Shown here: positions 1-8,045 of the stretch, one piece after another
Layout: each line of letters opens with the position of its first letter
Numbering within the stretch: position 1 is the stretch's first letter
Assembly (NCBI GenBank): GCA_042570405.1
Contig: JBHPGR010000003.1
Span: 679-64,678 of the forward strand
DNA: 64,000 nucleotides
DNA from: Candidatus Omnitrophota bacterium
GTDB taxonomy: Bacteria; Omnitrophota; Gorgyraeia; Gygaellales; Profunditerraquicolaceae
Reading direction: 5' to 3'
Translations under genes and position numbers: made by a program
Notes under the pieces: model-generated
Seen by the model: only the letters and a program-made list of their open reading frames with translations
What the model was told of the DNA's origin: nothing
The model's database searches: none

Positions 1-165
1 GAGCTTAAGTGCATAGCCAGACGCAAGGATAAGTCAAAAAACGATTTGTATCACATAGGTGTTCAGTTTGAAGATATACCCGATGGTGTTCAAGAAAGAT
101 TATCAAATTGTATCAATTCCGAAGAGACATTGGATCACCCCAAAGTAAAGAAGCAGTTCAAGTAG
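1..165 (+). CDS. 3' end of a CDS truncated by the window edge (possibly PilZ-like C-terminus)
   Basis: Frame +1 is open from base 1 to TAG at 163-165 (..LYHIGVQFEDIPDGVQERL..). Too short for a firm family call. Confidence 0.3.
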   Translation, partial: ELKCIARRKDKSKNDLYHIGVQFEDIPDGVQERLSNCINSEETLDHPKVKKQFK

Positions 166-422
166 ATCTGGTGCCCAAAATGTGCCCACCCAACACAGAA
201 ACATCCCGTAACAAACCTAAACAAAGCTAAACATCCGGACAGCGTAAGATGATGCCTTAGTTACGTTAGTTACTTACTCACTAAAATTCCTAAAAGTCCT
301 TTACCTCTAGATTTTATGAGAGTAAACTATTATATTGTCTGAACAAGAGCGTAAGCAATCTGCTGCTTTGGTGCTGGAAGCAGCAAAGAAGAAACTATGG
401 CCCAGTTTAAGAAGGAGTAACT

Positions 423-845
423 ATGAAAACCCAAGCAGAATTCCAAGAGCCAGATAGAAAGAAGAAGATTAAACGGATAATTGAGAGAGAGGAATTGATA
501 TTTCTGGGTATTTTTGTTATTTCTTTCGTGTTATTTTATGGTGGACACACTTTCAATAAGAAGATATATATAAAATATTTTGATGAAAAAGTATCCCTTA
601 ACGAAAGATTTTTGGCTCTTGATGCTTTTAATAAAGAATTTGAAGTTAAACCGAAATTCTATAATAGGGAACTGTTACCACAGCCATTAACTTCCCAGGA
701 AGAAACTATGCTTGATAGAGGATATAATGTTTATCCTTCTCATTATATAAAAGTTGTAGGGGCATATTTGTTTGTTTTTGTTTATCCCCTATATCTACTC
801 ATCCGCTTTATCATTTGGGCGATTAAGGCGCTGAAGGAGAAGTAA
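423..845 (+). CDS. hypothetical membrane protein (140 aa)
   Basis: ORF with AAGGAG RBS at about 411-416 and two hydrophobic segments. No recognisable family. Confidence 0.5.
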   Translation: MKTQAEFQEPDRKKKIKRIIEREELIFLGIFVISFVLFYGGHTFNKKIYIKYFDEKVSLNERFLALDAFNKEFEVKPKFYNRELLPQPLTSQEETMLDRGYNVYPSHYIKVVGAYLFVFVYPLYLLIRFIIWAIKALKEK

Positions 846-846
846 A

Positions 847-1182
847 ATGTGGAAAATTATTTGGCTTATCCTTCTTGGTTTAGCCGCTATCTATTTCTTA
901 AAAGGACCAGATCGTGTTTGGATTGGCTTAATAGGAGGGATAATCGTATGGTTTGTCATCGCAGTTATTTTTGTTTTTACGACTATTAGTAATAGAACAA
1001 AATCAGGGCTTGGTACGCCTATAAAATTATTCCCGCTGATTATAGCTATGGTCTTTAGTGTAATATTTCTTATTTCTTCTATAACAGGTTCCGTCCTAGG
1101 AAAAGGGCATTACGTAAATTTGCTAATATTAGGAGTAATCGCCATTATAATATTTGTCCTTATGGTCCCCGGTAAAAAATAG
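847..1182 (+). CDS. hypothetical integral membrane protein (111 aa, 3-4 TM)
   Basis: Starts 1 nt after the previous stop. Almost entirely hydrophobic helices. Followed by a strong terminator. Confidence 0.5.
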   Translation: MWKIIWLILLGLAAIYFLKGPDRVWIGLIGGIIVWFVIAVIFVFTTISNRTKSGLGTPIKLFPLIIAMVFSVIFLISSITGSVLGKGHYVNLLILGVIAIIIFVLMVPGKK

Positions 1183-1220
1183 CGAGGGGAGAAATGAAAA
1201 AGATTACGGGTAGGGGCACA

Positions 1221-1263
1221 AAATAAAAACCCCCACACCAATTGGTGTGGGGGTAGTTTTTAC
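1221..1263. terminator. bidirectional intrinsic terminator between the convergent membrane ORF and csp
   Basis: Perfect 10-bp stem CCCCCACACC/GGTGTGGGGG (1230-1253) with AATT loop. A-run upstream and T-run downstream. Confidence 0.85.
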
Positions 1264-1274
1264 GACCGCAACAG

Positions 1275-1490
1275 TTACATGGGGTTGCTGGATGTCTTGG
1301 TTACGTTAGTTGCCTGCTCACCCTTAGGCCCTTGCGTAACTTCAAACTCTACTTCCACGCCCTCTTCCAGAGTCTTGTAACCATCCCCCTGGATCGCGCT
1401 GTAATGCACAAAGATATCTTTGCCATCATCAGAAGTAACGAAGCCGTAACCTTTCTGATTACTGAACCACTTTACCTTACCTTTTGCCAT
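1275..1490 (-). CDS. csp: cold-shock protein, CspA family
   Basis: [27 protein letters not shown]: RNP1/RNP2 cold-shock domain motifs. Confidence 0.95.
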   Translation of the reverse strand: MAKGKVKWFSNQKGYGFVTSDDGKDIFVHYSAIQGDGYKTLEEGVEVEFEVTQGPKGEQATNVTKTSSNPM

Positions 1491-1513
1491 TTGCTACTTT
1501 TCACCCCCTTTAG

Positions 1514-1557
1514 ATAAAAAAACCGCAAAGCAAATCATTTCTTTTGCCTTTGCGGTT
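1514..1557 (-). terminator. terminator-like hairpin plus U-run inside the csp 5' leader (candidate attenuator)
   Basis: Minus strand reads AACCGCAAAG..CTTTGCGGTT followed by TTTTTTTAT. It ends 24 nt before the csp ATG. Confidence 0.5.
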
Positions 1558-1605
1558 CCCAGTATTCTTGTTTTCGCGTTCATTGATTTACCTAAATTCT
1601 TAATC

Positions 1606-1633
1606 AATATAACATAGAATATTATTTTGTCAA
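1606..1633 (-). promoter_or_regulatory. sigma70-type promoter for csp
   Basis: Minus strand reads TTGACA, 16 nt spacer, TATATT. Predicts a leader of about 105 nt. Confidence 0.6.
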
Positions 1634-1679
1634 ATGAATTCTTATAAATTATCAGCTATCTTCTCCGTCTGCGAATGGA

Positions 1680-1707
1680 TTGACTATTGGCGAAAAGTTG
1701 ATATAAT
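1680..1707 (+). promoter_or_regulatory. sigma70-type promoter for tRNA-Thr
   Basis: TTGACT, 16 nt spacer, TATAAT, with an extended -10 TG (TGATATAAT). Confidence 0.7.
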
Positions 1708-1746
1708 TATTTGATCAGGATTTTTGAATCTCGGGATCCCTCGCAT

Positions 1747-1822
1747 GCCGATGTAGCTCAGTTGGTAGAGCAGCGCTTTCGTAAAGCGCGGGTCGGAGGT
1801 TCGATCCCTCTCATCGGCTCCA
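1747..1822 (+). tRNA. tRNA-Thr (anticodon CGU), CCA encoded
   Basis: Cloverleaf readable: acceptor GCCGATG/CATCGGC, anticodon stem GCGCT/AGCGC, loop TTCGTAA, T-loop TTCGATC, 3' TCCA. Confidence 0.9.
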
Positions 1823-1896
1823 AAATCTTGAGGGATCCCGAGCTTAAATCGTTTTAGTTATGGAGGAGAAGGATCGTAAGGCCTCTCCTATGACTT

Positions 1897-3153
1897 ATGG
1901 TCAAATTCAAAGAAGTACTTAAAAACAGGAATTTTTCACTGATCTGGTTCGGCCAGATCCTCTCGCAGTGGGGGGACCGCCTGGGTCAGATCGCCCTGAT
2001 CGCCTTTGTCTATGAACGCTCACCGGGTTCGGCGATGCAGATGGCCAAGATCCTCTCCTTTACGATCATCCCGGTATTTCTGATCGGTCCGCTGGCAGGC
2101 GTATATGTCGATAGATGGGACAGGCGCTGGACGATGGTCGTCTCTGACCTCCTGCGTGCAATTCTGGTGGTGGCGATCCCGTTGCTTTTGATAGGCAGGG
2201 GGTCAAATATACCTTTGTATGTTATCATATTCCTGGTCTTCTGCATCGGAAGGTTCTTTGTCACCGCGAAACTTGCGATCATCCCGGACCTGGTAGCCCG
2301 GAAGAAGGATCTTTTATTAGCTAATTCCCTGGTTAATGTTACCGGCATGATCGCTGCGGTGATCGGCTTCGGGCTGGGCGGGTTATTAGTAGAATGGTGG
2401 AAGGCCGAAGGCGGATTTTACCTGGATGCGCTCACCTTTTTGATCTCGGCGGTATTGATATTTTTGATCAGGCCAAAGAGGATAAGATTTATGCATCCCA
2501 GGAATCTTGCGATAGAGGGGACAAGGCTGGTAAGCGAGATCAGTAAGTCTGTGATCGAGGAGATAAAGGAGGGGGTGCTTTACCTTTTCAGGCTTAAAAA
2601 GATGCGCTTCACCACCGGCATCCTTTTTCTTCTCTGGTCGGCGCTGGGCTCGATCTATGTCGTCTTTATTATCTTTGTGCAGAACAGCCTTCAGTCAGCA
2701 ACAAAGGACCTGGGGCTCTTGATCATGTTTTTAGCTTTCGGGCTCTTCTTCGGCGCCCTGCTTTACGGAAGGTTCGGCCAGAAGATCCCTTATCAAAAGG
2801 CGATCTTTGCCTGCCTTTCCTTATCAGGTATTGTTTTGGTAGCTTTTACCATTCTCGTAGACAGGTTCCAGAGTTTTTCCCTGGCAGCAGTCTTGGCGAT
2901 GTTGCTTGGAATGGCGGTCTCGCCGATCATGAATATCGCAAATACCCTAGTCCATGAGGCAAGCATTGATCATATGCGCGGCAAAGTCTTTAGCTCGCTG
3001 GAGATAGTAATCCACTTGGCTTTCCTGATCTTTATGTTTATCAGCAGTTATATTGCGGAGCGAGTGGATGCGATGTGGGTGATGATCAGCGTGGGTACAT
3101 TTTTGGCGTTTTTCGGATTGCTTAATCTGTTTAAGAAGCGACAGCCGGCATGA
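1897..3153 (+). CDS. MFS transporter
   Basis: 418 aa, about 12 TM, with an N-terminal NFSLIWFGQ..S.WGDR motif typical of MFS_3/EntS-like transporters. Confidence 0.8.
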   Translation: MVKFKEVLKNRNFSLIWFGQILSQWGDRLGQIALIAFVYERSPGSAMQMAKILSFTIIPVFLIGPLAGVYVDRWDRRWTMVVSDLLRAILVVAIPLLLIGRGSNIPLYVIIFLVFCIGRFFVTAKLAIIPDLVARKKDLLLANSLVNVTGMIAAVIGFGLGGLLVEWWKAEGGFYLDALTFLISAVLIFLIRPKRIRFMHPRNLAIEGTRLVSEISKSVIEEIKEGVLYLFRLKKMRFTTGILFLLWSALGSIYVVFIIFVQNSLQSATKDLGLLIMFLAFGLFFGALLYGRFGQKIPYQKAIFACLSLSGIVLVAFTILVDRFQSFSLAAVLAMLLGMAVSPIMNIANTLVHEASIDHMRGKVFSSLEIVIHLAFLIFMFISSYIAERVDAMWVMISVGTFLAFFGLLNLFKKRQPA

Positions 3154-4520
3154 TCAAGTTAAAGGAGCATAAACATCTTACAGGAGGCCTGCCCATAGAG
3201 AGATTTGCGCCTCCAAAGATCGCTTACATCCCTTTAAGCCAGCACCTGGGAAAGGCCTGCATACCGCAAGTCAGGGTCGGCGACCAAGTATCCCCGGGGC
3301 AGAAGATCGCATCTTGCCAGGCCCATGTCTTTGCTCCGATCCATGCCTCGATATCCGGAAAGGTCACGGGCTTAAGGGATTATCCGCATCCTCTGCTGGG
3401 CCGTTGTAAGGCAATAGTCATCGATGGTGATGGAGAGGACAGGCAGGCCACAGACCATCCCTCGGCTTCGCTTCCCTCGTTTAGCTCGGGACTTCGCGGG
3501 ACAAGCAGAGCGCAGACCGAGATAGATAAGTTAAGCCCCGAAGATATCCGTGGTATCGTAGGTGATGCCGGGATCGTAGGGATGGGGGGAGCGGGATTTC
3601 CTACGCATATAAAACTCAAGCCGCCTAAGCCGGTAGATTCCCTGATCATTAACGGTGCGGAGTGCGAACCGTATCTGACTGCCGATTACTGCCTGATGCT
3701 TGAGAAAACCAGCGAAATCATCTCAGCTGTCGGTCTGATAGTAAGATGTTTAGGCGTAAAACAGGTGTATATCGCGATCGAGGATAACAAGCCCGAGGCG
3801 ATCAAGGCCTTCCAAAGCAAGATACAAGATATCCCTCTGCTTGGTTCGACTTCGCTCACCACAAGTCGCTCGGGAGAGGCGGGATACGAAATACGGATAT
3901 TAAAATCCATGTATCCCCAGGGTGGAGAGAGACAATTAATAAAGAATATCTTAGGCAGAGAGGTCCCTTCCGGAAAGCTCCCTTTTGACGTCGGCGTAGT
4001 GGTGCATAATGTAGCCACGATCTTCGCAGTTTATGAGGCGGTTTATCTTAATAAACCCCTGTACGAGCGGGTTGTGACTGTCACCGGCAGCTGCCTGTCA
4101 ACTCATAAGAATATCCTGGCGCGAATAGGTACTCCGATAAAAGAGTTGATCGGGCATTGCGGCCCCCTGAAGGATCAGCCGGCCAAAATTGTGGTCGGTG
4201 GGCCGATGATGGGCATAGCGCAATGCACGGATGCGGTGCCGGTGATAAAGACTACAAGCGGTATTATTCTGTTAAACAAAAGAGAGGCCGCGCTAAACGA
4301 AGAAGAGGCCTGTATCCGCTGCGGCGCCTGTATCAGAGAGTGTCCGGCGGGCCTGATGCCGTGTCTTTTGAATTTAGCTTGCGAGAAAGAGCTTTGGGCA
4401 CAGACAAAAGACGATTCAGTTTTAGATTGCATTGAATGCGGGGTATGTAATTATGTCTGCCCGGCAAACAGGAATCTAGTCCAGTCAATAAAGAGAGCGA
4501 AGCTGGAGGCGGTAAGATGA
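3150..4520 (+). CDS. rnfC: Rnf electron-transport complex subunit C
   Basis: GIVGMGGAGFPTHIKL, INGAECEPYLTAD, and two C-terminal CxxCxxCxxxCP ferredoxin motifs. Confidence 0.9.
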   Translation: MIKLKEHKHLTGGLPIERFAPPKIAYIPLSQHLGKACIPQVRVGDQVSPGQKIASCQAHVFAPIHASISGKVTGLRDYPHPLLGRCKAIVIDGDGEDRQATDHPSASLPSFSSGLRGTSRAQTEIDKLSPEDIRGIVGDAGIVGMGGAGFPTHIKLKPPKPVDSLIINGAECEPYLTADYCLMLEKTSEIISAVGLIVRCLGVKQVYIAIEDNKPEAIKAFQSKIQDIPLLGSTSLTTSRSGEAGYEIRILKSMYPQGGERQLIKNILGREVPSGKLPFDVGVVVHNVATIFAVYEAVYLNKPLYERVVTVTGSCLSTHKNILARIGTPIKELIGHCGPLKDQPAKIVVGGPMMGIAQCTDAVPVIKTTSGIILLNKREAALNEEEACIRCGACIRECPAGLMPCLLNLACEKELWAQTKDDSVLDCIECGVCNYVCPANRNLVQSIKRAKLEAVR

Positions 4521-5038
4521 GGGAGATACTTCGTTATGCTTTTATCTTGGGGATAATCTGCGTCGTTTCTGCCGGCCTTTTAAGCGGAATAGATCTTTTA
4601 ACTAAGCCCAGGATCATCGCCCAGGCGAGGGCTGAAGAAGAGGAGAGTCTGAAAGAGGTCGTGCCGCAGGCAGAGCGTTTTGAGGAAATTAAGGCAGAGG
4701 GTTTAGTCTATTATAAGGCATACGACGGGAAGGGTGATCTTGCCGGAGTAGCCTTCAAGGCGAAAGCTGTGGGGTACTCCAGCGCAATAGAAACGATGGT
4801 AGGAATGACTAAGGGTGGCAAGGTCATAGCTATAAAGGTATTGAGCCAGAATGAGACCCCTGGTTTAGGTTCCCGGGTCACCGAACCTGGATTTACGGAA
4901 CAGTTTAAGGAAAGAGATGCGGCACAGCTCTCAGGCGTAGAGGCGATCAGCGGCGCGACTATATCATCAGACGCGCTGATAGATTCGATAAGAGAGAGAT
5001 CCGCGCAAATAATAAAGCTGATCAGAGATGGCAGATAA
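4517..5038 (+). CDS. rnfG: Rnf subunit G (FMN-binding)
   Basis: N-terminal TM, ETPGLG, and a SGATISS FMN-attachment type motif. Confidence 0.85.
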   Translation: MREILRYAFILGIICVVSAGLLSGIDLLTKPRIIAQARAEEEESLKEVVPQAERFEEIKAEGLVYYKAYDGKGDLAGVAFKAKAVGYSSAIETMVGMTKGGKVIAIKVLSQNETPGLGSRVTEPGFTEQFKERDAAQLSGVEAISGATISSDALIDSIRERSAQIIKLIRDGR

Positions 5039-5969
5039 ACTTATTGTTACAGCTTCTCCGCACCTGCATAAACCGGAATCGGTAAGTAAGATCATGTGGC
5101 TGGTGACAGCCAGCCTGATCCCGGCAGGCATCGCGGGGGTGTGGATCTTTGGCGTGGGCGCACTGCGGGTGATCATTCTAGGCGTGTTTTCTGCGTTAGC
5201 TGCCGAAGCGGTAATGCAATTGCTTAGCAAAAGAAAGGTTACAGTCTTAGATGGCAGTGCATTTCTTACCGGGTTATTGCTTACCTATAATCTGCCGCCA
5301 AATGTTCCCTTTTGGCTGCCGATCGCCGGTTCCTTCTTTGCCATAGCAATCGGAAAGCAGATCTTTGGCGGGTTAGGACAGAATATCTTTAATCCGGCGT
5401 TAGTCGGCAGGGTATTCCTGATGGCATCCTGGCCGAAATATATGACCAATTTTACCGGGCCATTTAGTTATGATGCCGTAACTTCCGCCACCCCCCTTGC
5501 CCTGGCCAAGGAAGGCGCAGGCATTGAAGGTATTAGTTACCTGCAGCTATTTTTGGGTAACAGGGGCGGCTGTATCGGTGAGGTTTGTATTGTTGCGCTC
5601 CTGGCAGGGGCCTTATTTCTCCTGATCAAAGGATATATCAGTTGGCATGTGCCTTTGACATATATATTCAGCGTAGGGATATTTACTTTCCTCTTCGGAG
5701 GGGAGGGATTCTTTGGCGGGGACTGGTTATTCCATATCTTGGCCGGCGGACTTATCTTGGGCGCCTTTTTCATGGCTACGGATTATGTCACTTGTCCTTT
5801 GACAAGATATGGGCAGGTGATCTTTGGCATCGGATGCGGCCTGCTTACGGCGATCATCCGGCTTTGGGGAGGTTATCCTGAGGGCGTCTCATACGCGATC
5901 CTGATGATGAACGCGGCTACTCCGATAATTGACCGCTATACAAAGCCCAGAGTTTACGGAAAAAGATGA
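5028..5969 (+). CDS. rnfD: Rnf subunit D
   Basis: SPHLH N-terminus, polytopic, TSATPLA motif. NqrB/RnfD family. Confidence 0.9.
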   Translation: MADKLIVTASPHLHKPESVSKIMWLVTASLIPAGIAGVWIFGVGALRVIILGVFSALAAEAVMQLLSKRKVTVLDGSAFLTGLLLTYNLPPNVPFWLPIAGSFFAIAIGKQIFGGLGQNIFNPALVGRVFLMASWPKYMTNFTGPFSYDAVTSATPLALAKEGAGIEGISYLQLFLGNRGGCIGEVCIVALLAGALFLLIKGYISWHVPLTYIFSVGIFTFLFGGEGFFGGDWLFHILAGGLILGAFFMATDYVTCPLTRYGQVIFGIGCGLLTAIIRLWGGYPEGVSYAILMMNAATPIIDRYTKPRVYGKR

Positions 5970-6559
5970 AGAAATTATTTAATGAATTATTAAAAGGGAT
6001 CATTAGAGAGAATCCCACCTTTGTTTTATTGCTCGGGCTTTGTCCGACACTTGCGGTTTCAGTAAGCGTGGTAAACGGCATCGGCATGGGGCTTGCCGCG
6101 ACCTTTGTGATCATCGGTTCCAACCTGATCATCTCCTCGATCAGAAAAGTCATCCCTCACAAGATCAGGATACCCTGCTTTATCGTGGTGATCGCCACCT
6201 TTGTCACGATCGCAGAGTTTATGCTTAAGGCTTACAGCCCGGCGTTGAACCGTGCGCTTGGCATATATGTCCCGCTGATCGTGGTCAACTGCATAGTCCT
6301 GGCCCGCGCCGAGGCCTATGCCTCAAGGCATTCCTTGTTAGACTCTTTATTTGACGGTTTAGGTATGGGGATAGGTTTTTCGCTGGCACTGATCCTGATT
6401 TCAGCTATCAGGGAGTTTTTAGGTTCCGGTAAGATCCTCGGGGCAACGCTGATCAAAGGGTTTGAGCCGGTTTTTGTCTTTGCTATGCCTGCAGGAGCGC
6501 TGCTGGTGATCGGGCTGCTGTTAGGTCTCTTTAATATTCTAAGGAGCAGGAGAGCATGA
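5966..6559 (+). CDS. rnfE: Rnf subunit E
   Basis: NPTFVLLLGLCPTLAV and LIVVNCIVLARAEA: NqrD/RnfE motifs. Confidence 0.9.
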   Translation: MKKLFNELLKGIIRENPTFVLLLGLCPTLAVSVSVVNGIGMGLAATFVIIGSNLIISSIRKVIPHKIRIPCFIVVIATFVTIAEFMLKAYSPALNRALGIYVPLIVVNCIVLARAEAYASRHSLLDSLFDGLGMGIGFSLALILISAIREFLGSGKILGATLIKGFEPVFVFAMPAGALLVIGLLLGLFNILRSRRA

Positions 6560-7164
6560 GCATCGCGCAATTTCTTACCATATTTATTTCAGCTATCTTT
6601 ATCAATAATGTGATCCTCTCGCGTTTTTTAGGCCTGTGCCCTTTTATCGCTGTCTCTAAAGAAACCAGGCCGGCGCTGGCGATGAGCCTGGCGGTCACAT
6701 TTGTGATCACTGCCTCTTCTGTGATCACTTGGTTTATCTATCGATTTCTCTTGATTCCTTTTGGCATGGAGTACCTGCGCACCGTATCTTTCATCCTGGT
6801 GATCGCTACCTTTGTGCAGTTCGTGGAGATGGCGATCAGAAAACTGAGTCCTGCGATGCACAGGTTTTTCGGGATATACCTTGCCTTGATTACCACTAAC
6901 TGTGCGGTAATGGGTGTGGCGCTCTTGAATTCAGATATGTTTTTTAAGGGCAGTTTGCCCCTGACAGGAAGTTTTATCTATTCGCTCTTTCAGGGTGTTT
7001 GCGTGGGGATCGGTTTTACCCTGGCGATGTTTTTGATGTCCGGGATCAGGGAAAGACTGGACCTTTGTCAAGTTCCGGAGGCAGTAAAGGATGTGCCGAT
7101 CGCCTTTATTATTGCCGCGCTGATGGGATTGAGTTTCTTAGGGTTTAACGGGTTTAGATTCTAA
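6556..7164 (+). CDS. rnfA: Rnf subunit A
   Basis: NNVILSRFLGLCPF and LITTNCAV: NqrE/RnfA motifs. Confidence 0.9.
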   Translation: MSIAQFLTIFISAIFINNVILSRFLGLCPFIAVSKETRPALAMSLAVTFVITASSVITWFIYRFLLIPFGMEYLRTVSFILVIATFVQFVEMAIRKLSPAMHRFFGIYLALITTNCAVMGVALLNSDMFFKGSLPLTGSFIYSLFQGVCVGIGFTLAMFLMSGIRERLDLCQVPEAVKDVPIAFIIAALMGLSFLGFNGFRF

Positions 7165-8025
7165 ATGGATATATTAATTGCGATCTTGAGTTTAGGTTCA
7201 TTGGGAGTTTTATTCGCAGTCAGCCTGACGCTTGCCTCCCGGAAGTTAGCGGTCAAGACTGATCCGCGCCTTGACAAGCTGCAGGAGCTTTTACCCGGGT
7301 CAAACTGCGGGGCCTGCGGAAGCGCCGGCTGTATAGGTTTTGCCGAGTCACTACTTGCAGATAAGACAGTGATTGATGCCTGCCGGGTTTGCGAACAGGA
7401 TGCGAAGCAGAGGATCGCCGGATTATTAGGGAGGCAGCTGGAGAAACAGGTCCGGAAGGTTGCGGTCCTGCATTGCAATGGCGGCAGTAAGGTGAAGGAT
7501 CGGTTCTTTTATAGGGGAATAGAAGATTGCACCGCCGCGAACCTGCTTTTAGGAGGCCAGAAGGAATGCATCTTTGGCTGTCTGGGTTTTGGAACCTGCG
7601 AAAAGGTCTGCCCCTTCGGTGCGATCCGCATGTCTGATCATGGACTTCCGGTCGTAGATGAAGTTAAATGCAAGGCTTGTAATAAATGCATTGAGGCATG
7701 TCCTAAGAAGTTATTCAGCCTGGTTCCGGTAAGCGGTAAGGTCTATGTTGCCTGCGCTTCGCTTGATTCAGGCAGGGAGGTAAAAGCAGCCTGCCCGGTA
7801 GGCTGCATCGCCTGCAAATTATGCGAGAGGGCATGCAAGTTTGACGCTATACATGTTATTGGCCCTTCGGCTGAGTTTACGCTGAGCGAGGCCGAAGCGC
7901 TCAGGGTCAACCTCGAGGGGAATCGAGGGGTTGATAATCTGGCGGTAATAGATTATAATAAGTGTACTTCATGCGGTGAATGCGTGAAGGTCTGTCCTAC
8001 AAAGTGCATTCGGGAGAGGGATTAA
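7165..8025 (+). CDS. rnfB: Rnf subunit B (polyferredoxin)
   Basis: N-terminal TM, GSNCGACG..GC motif, and several CxxCxxCxxxCP clusters. Confidence 0.9.
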   Translation: MDILIAILSLGSLGVLFAVSLTLASRKLAVKTDPRLDKLQELLPGSNCGACGSAGCIGFAESLLADKTVIDACRVCEQDAKQRIAGLLGRQLEKQVRKVAVLHCNGGSKVKDRFFYRGIEDCTAANLLLGGQKECIFGCLGFGTCEKVCPFGAIRMSDHGLPVVDEVKCKACNKCIEACPKKLFSLVPVSGKVYVACASLDSGREVKAACPVGCIACKLCERACKFDAIHVIGPSAEFTLSEAEALRVNLEGNRGVDNLAVIDYNKCTSCGECVKVCPTKCIRERD

Positions 8026-8045
8026 ACCATATAAAGGAAGCTGGT

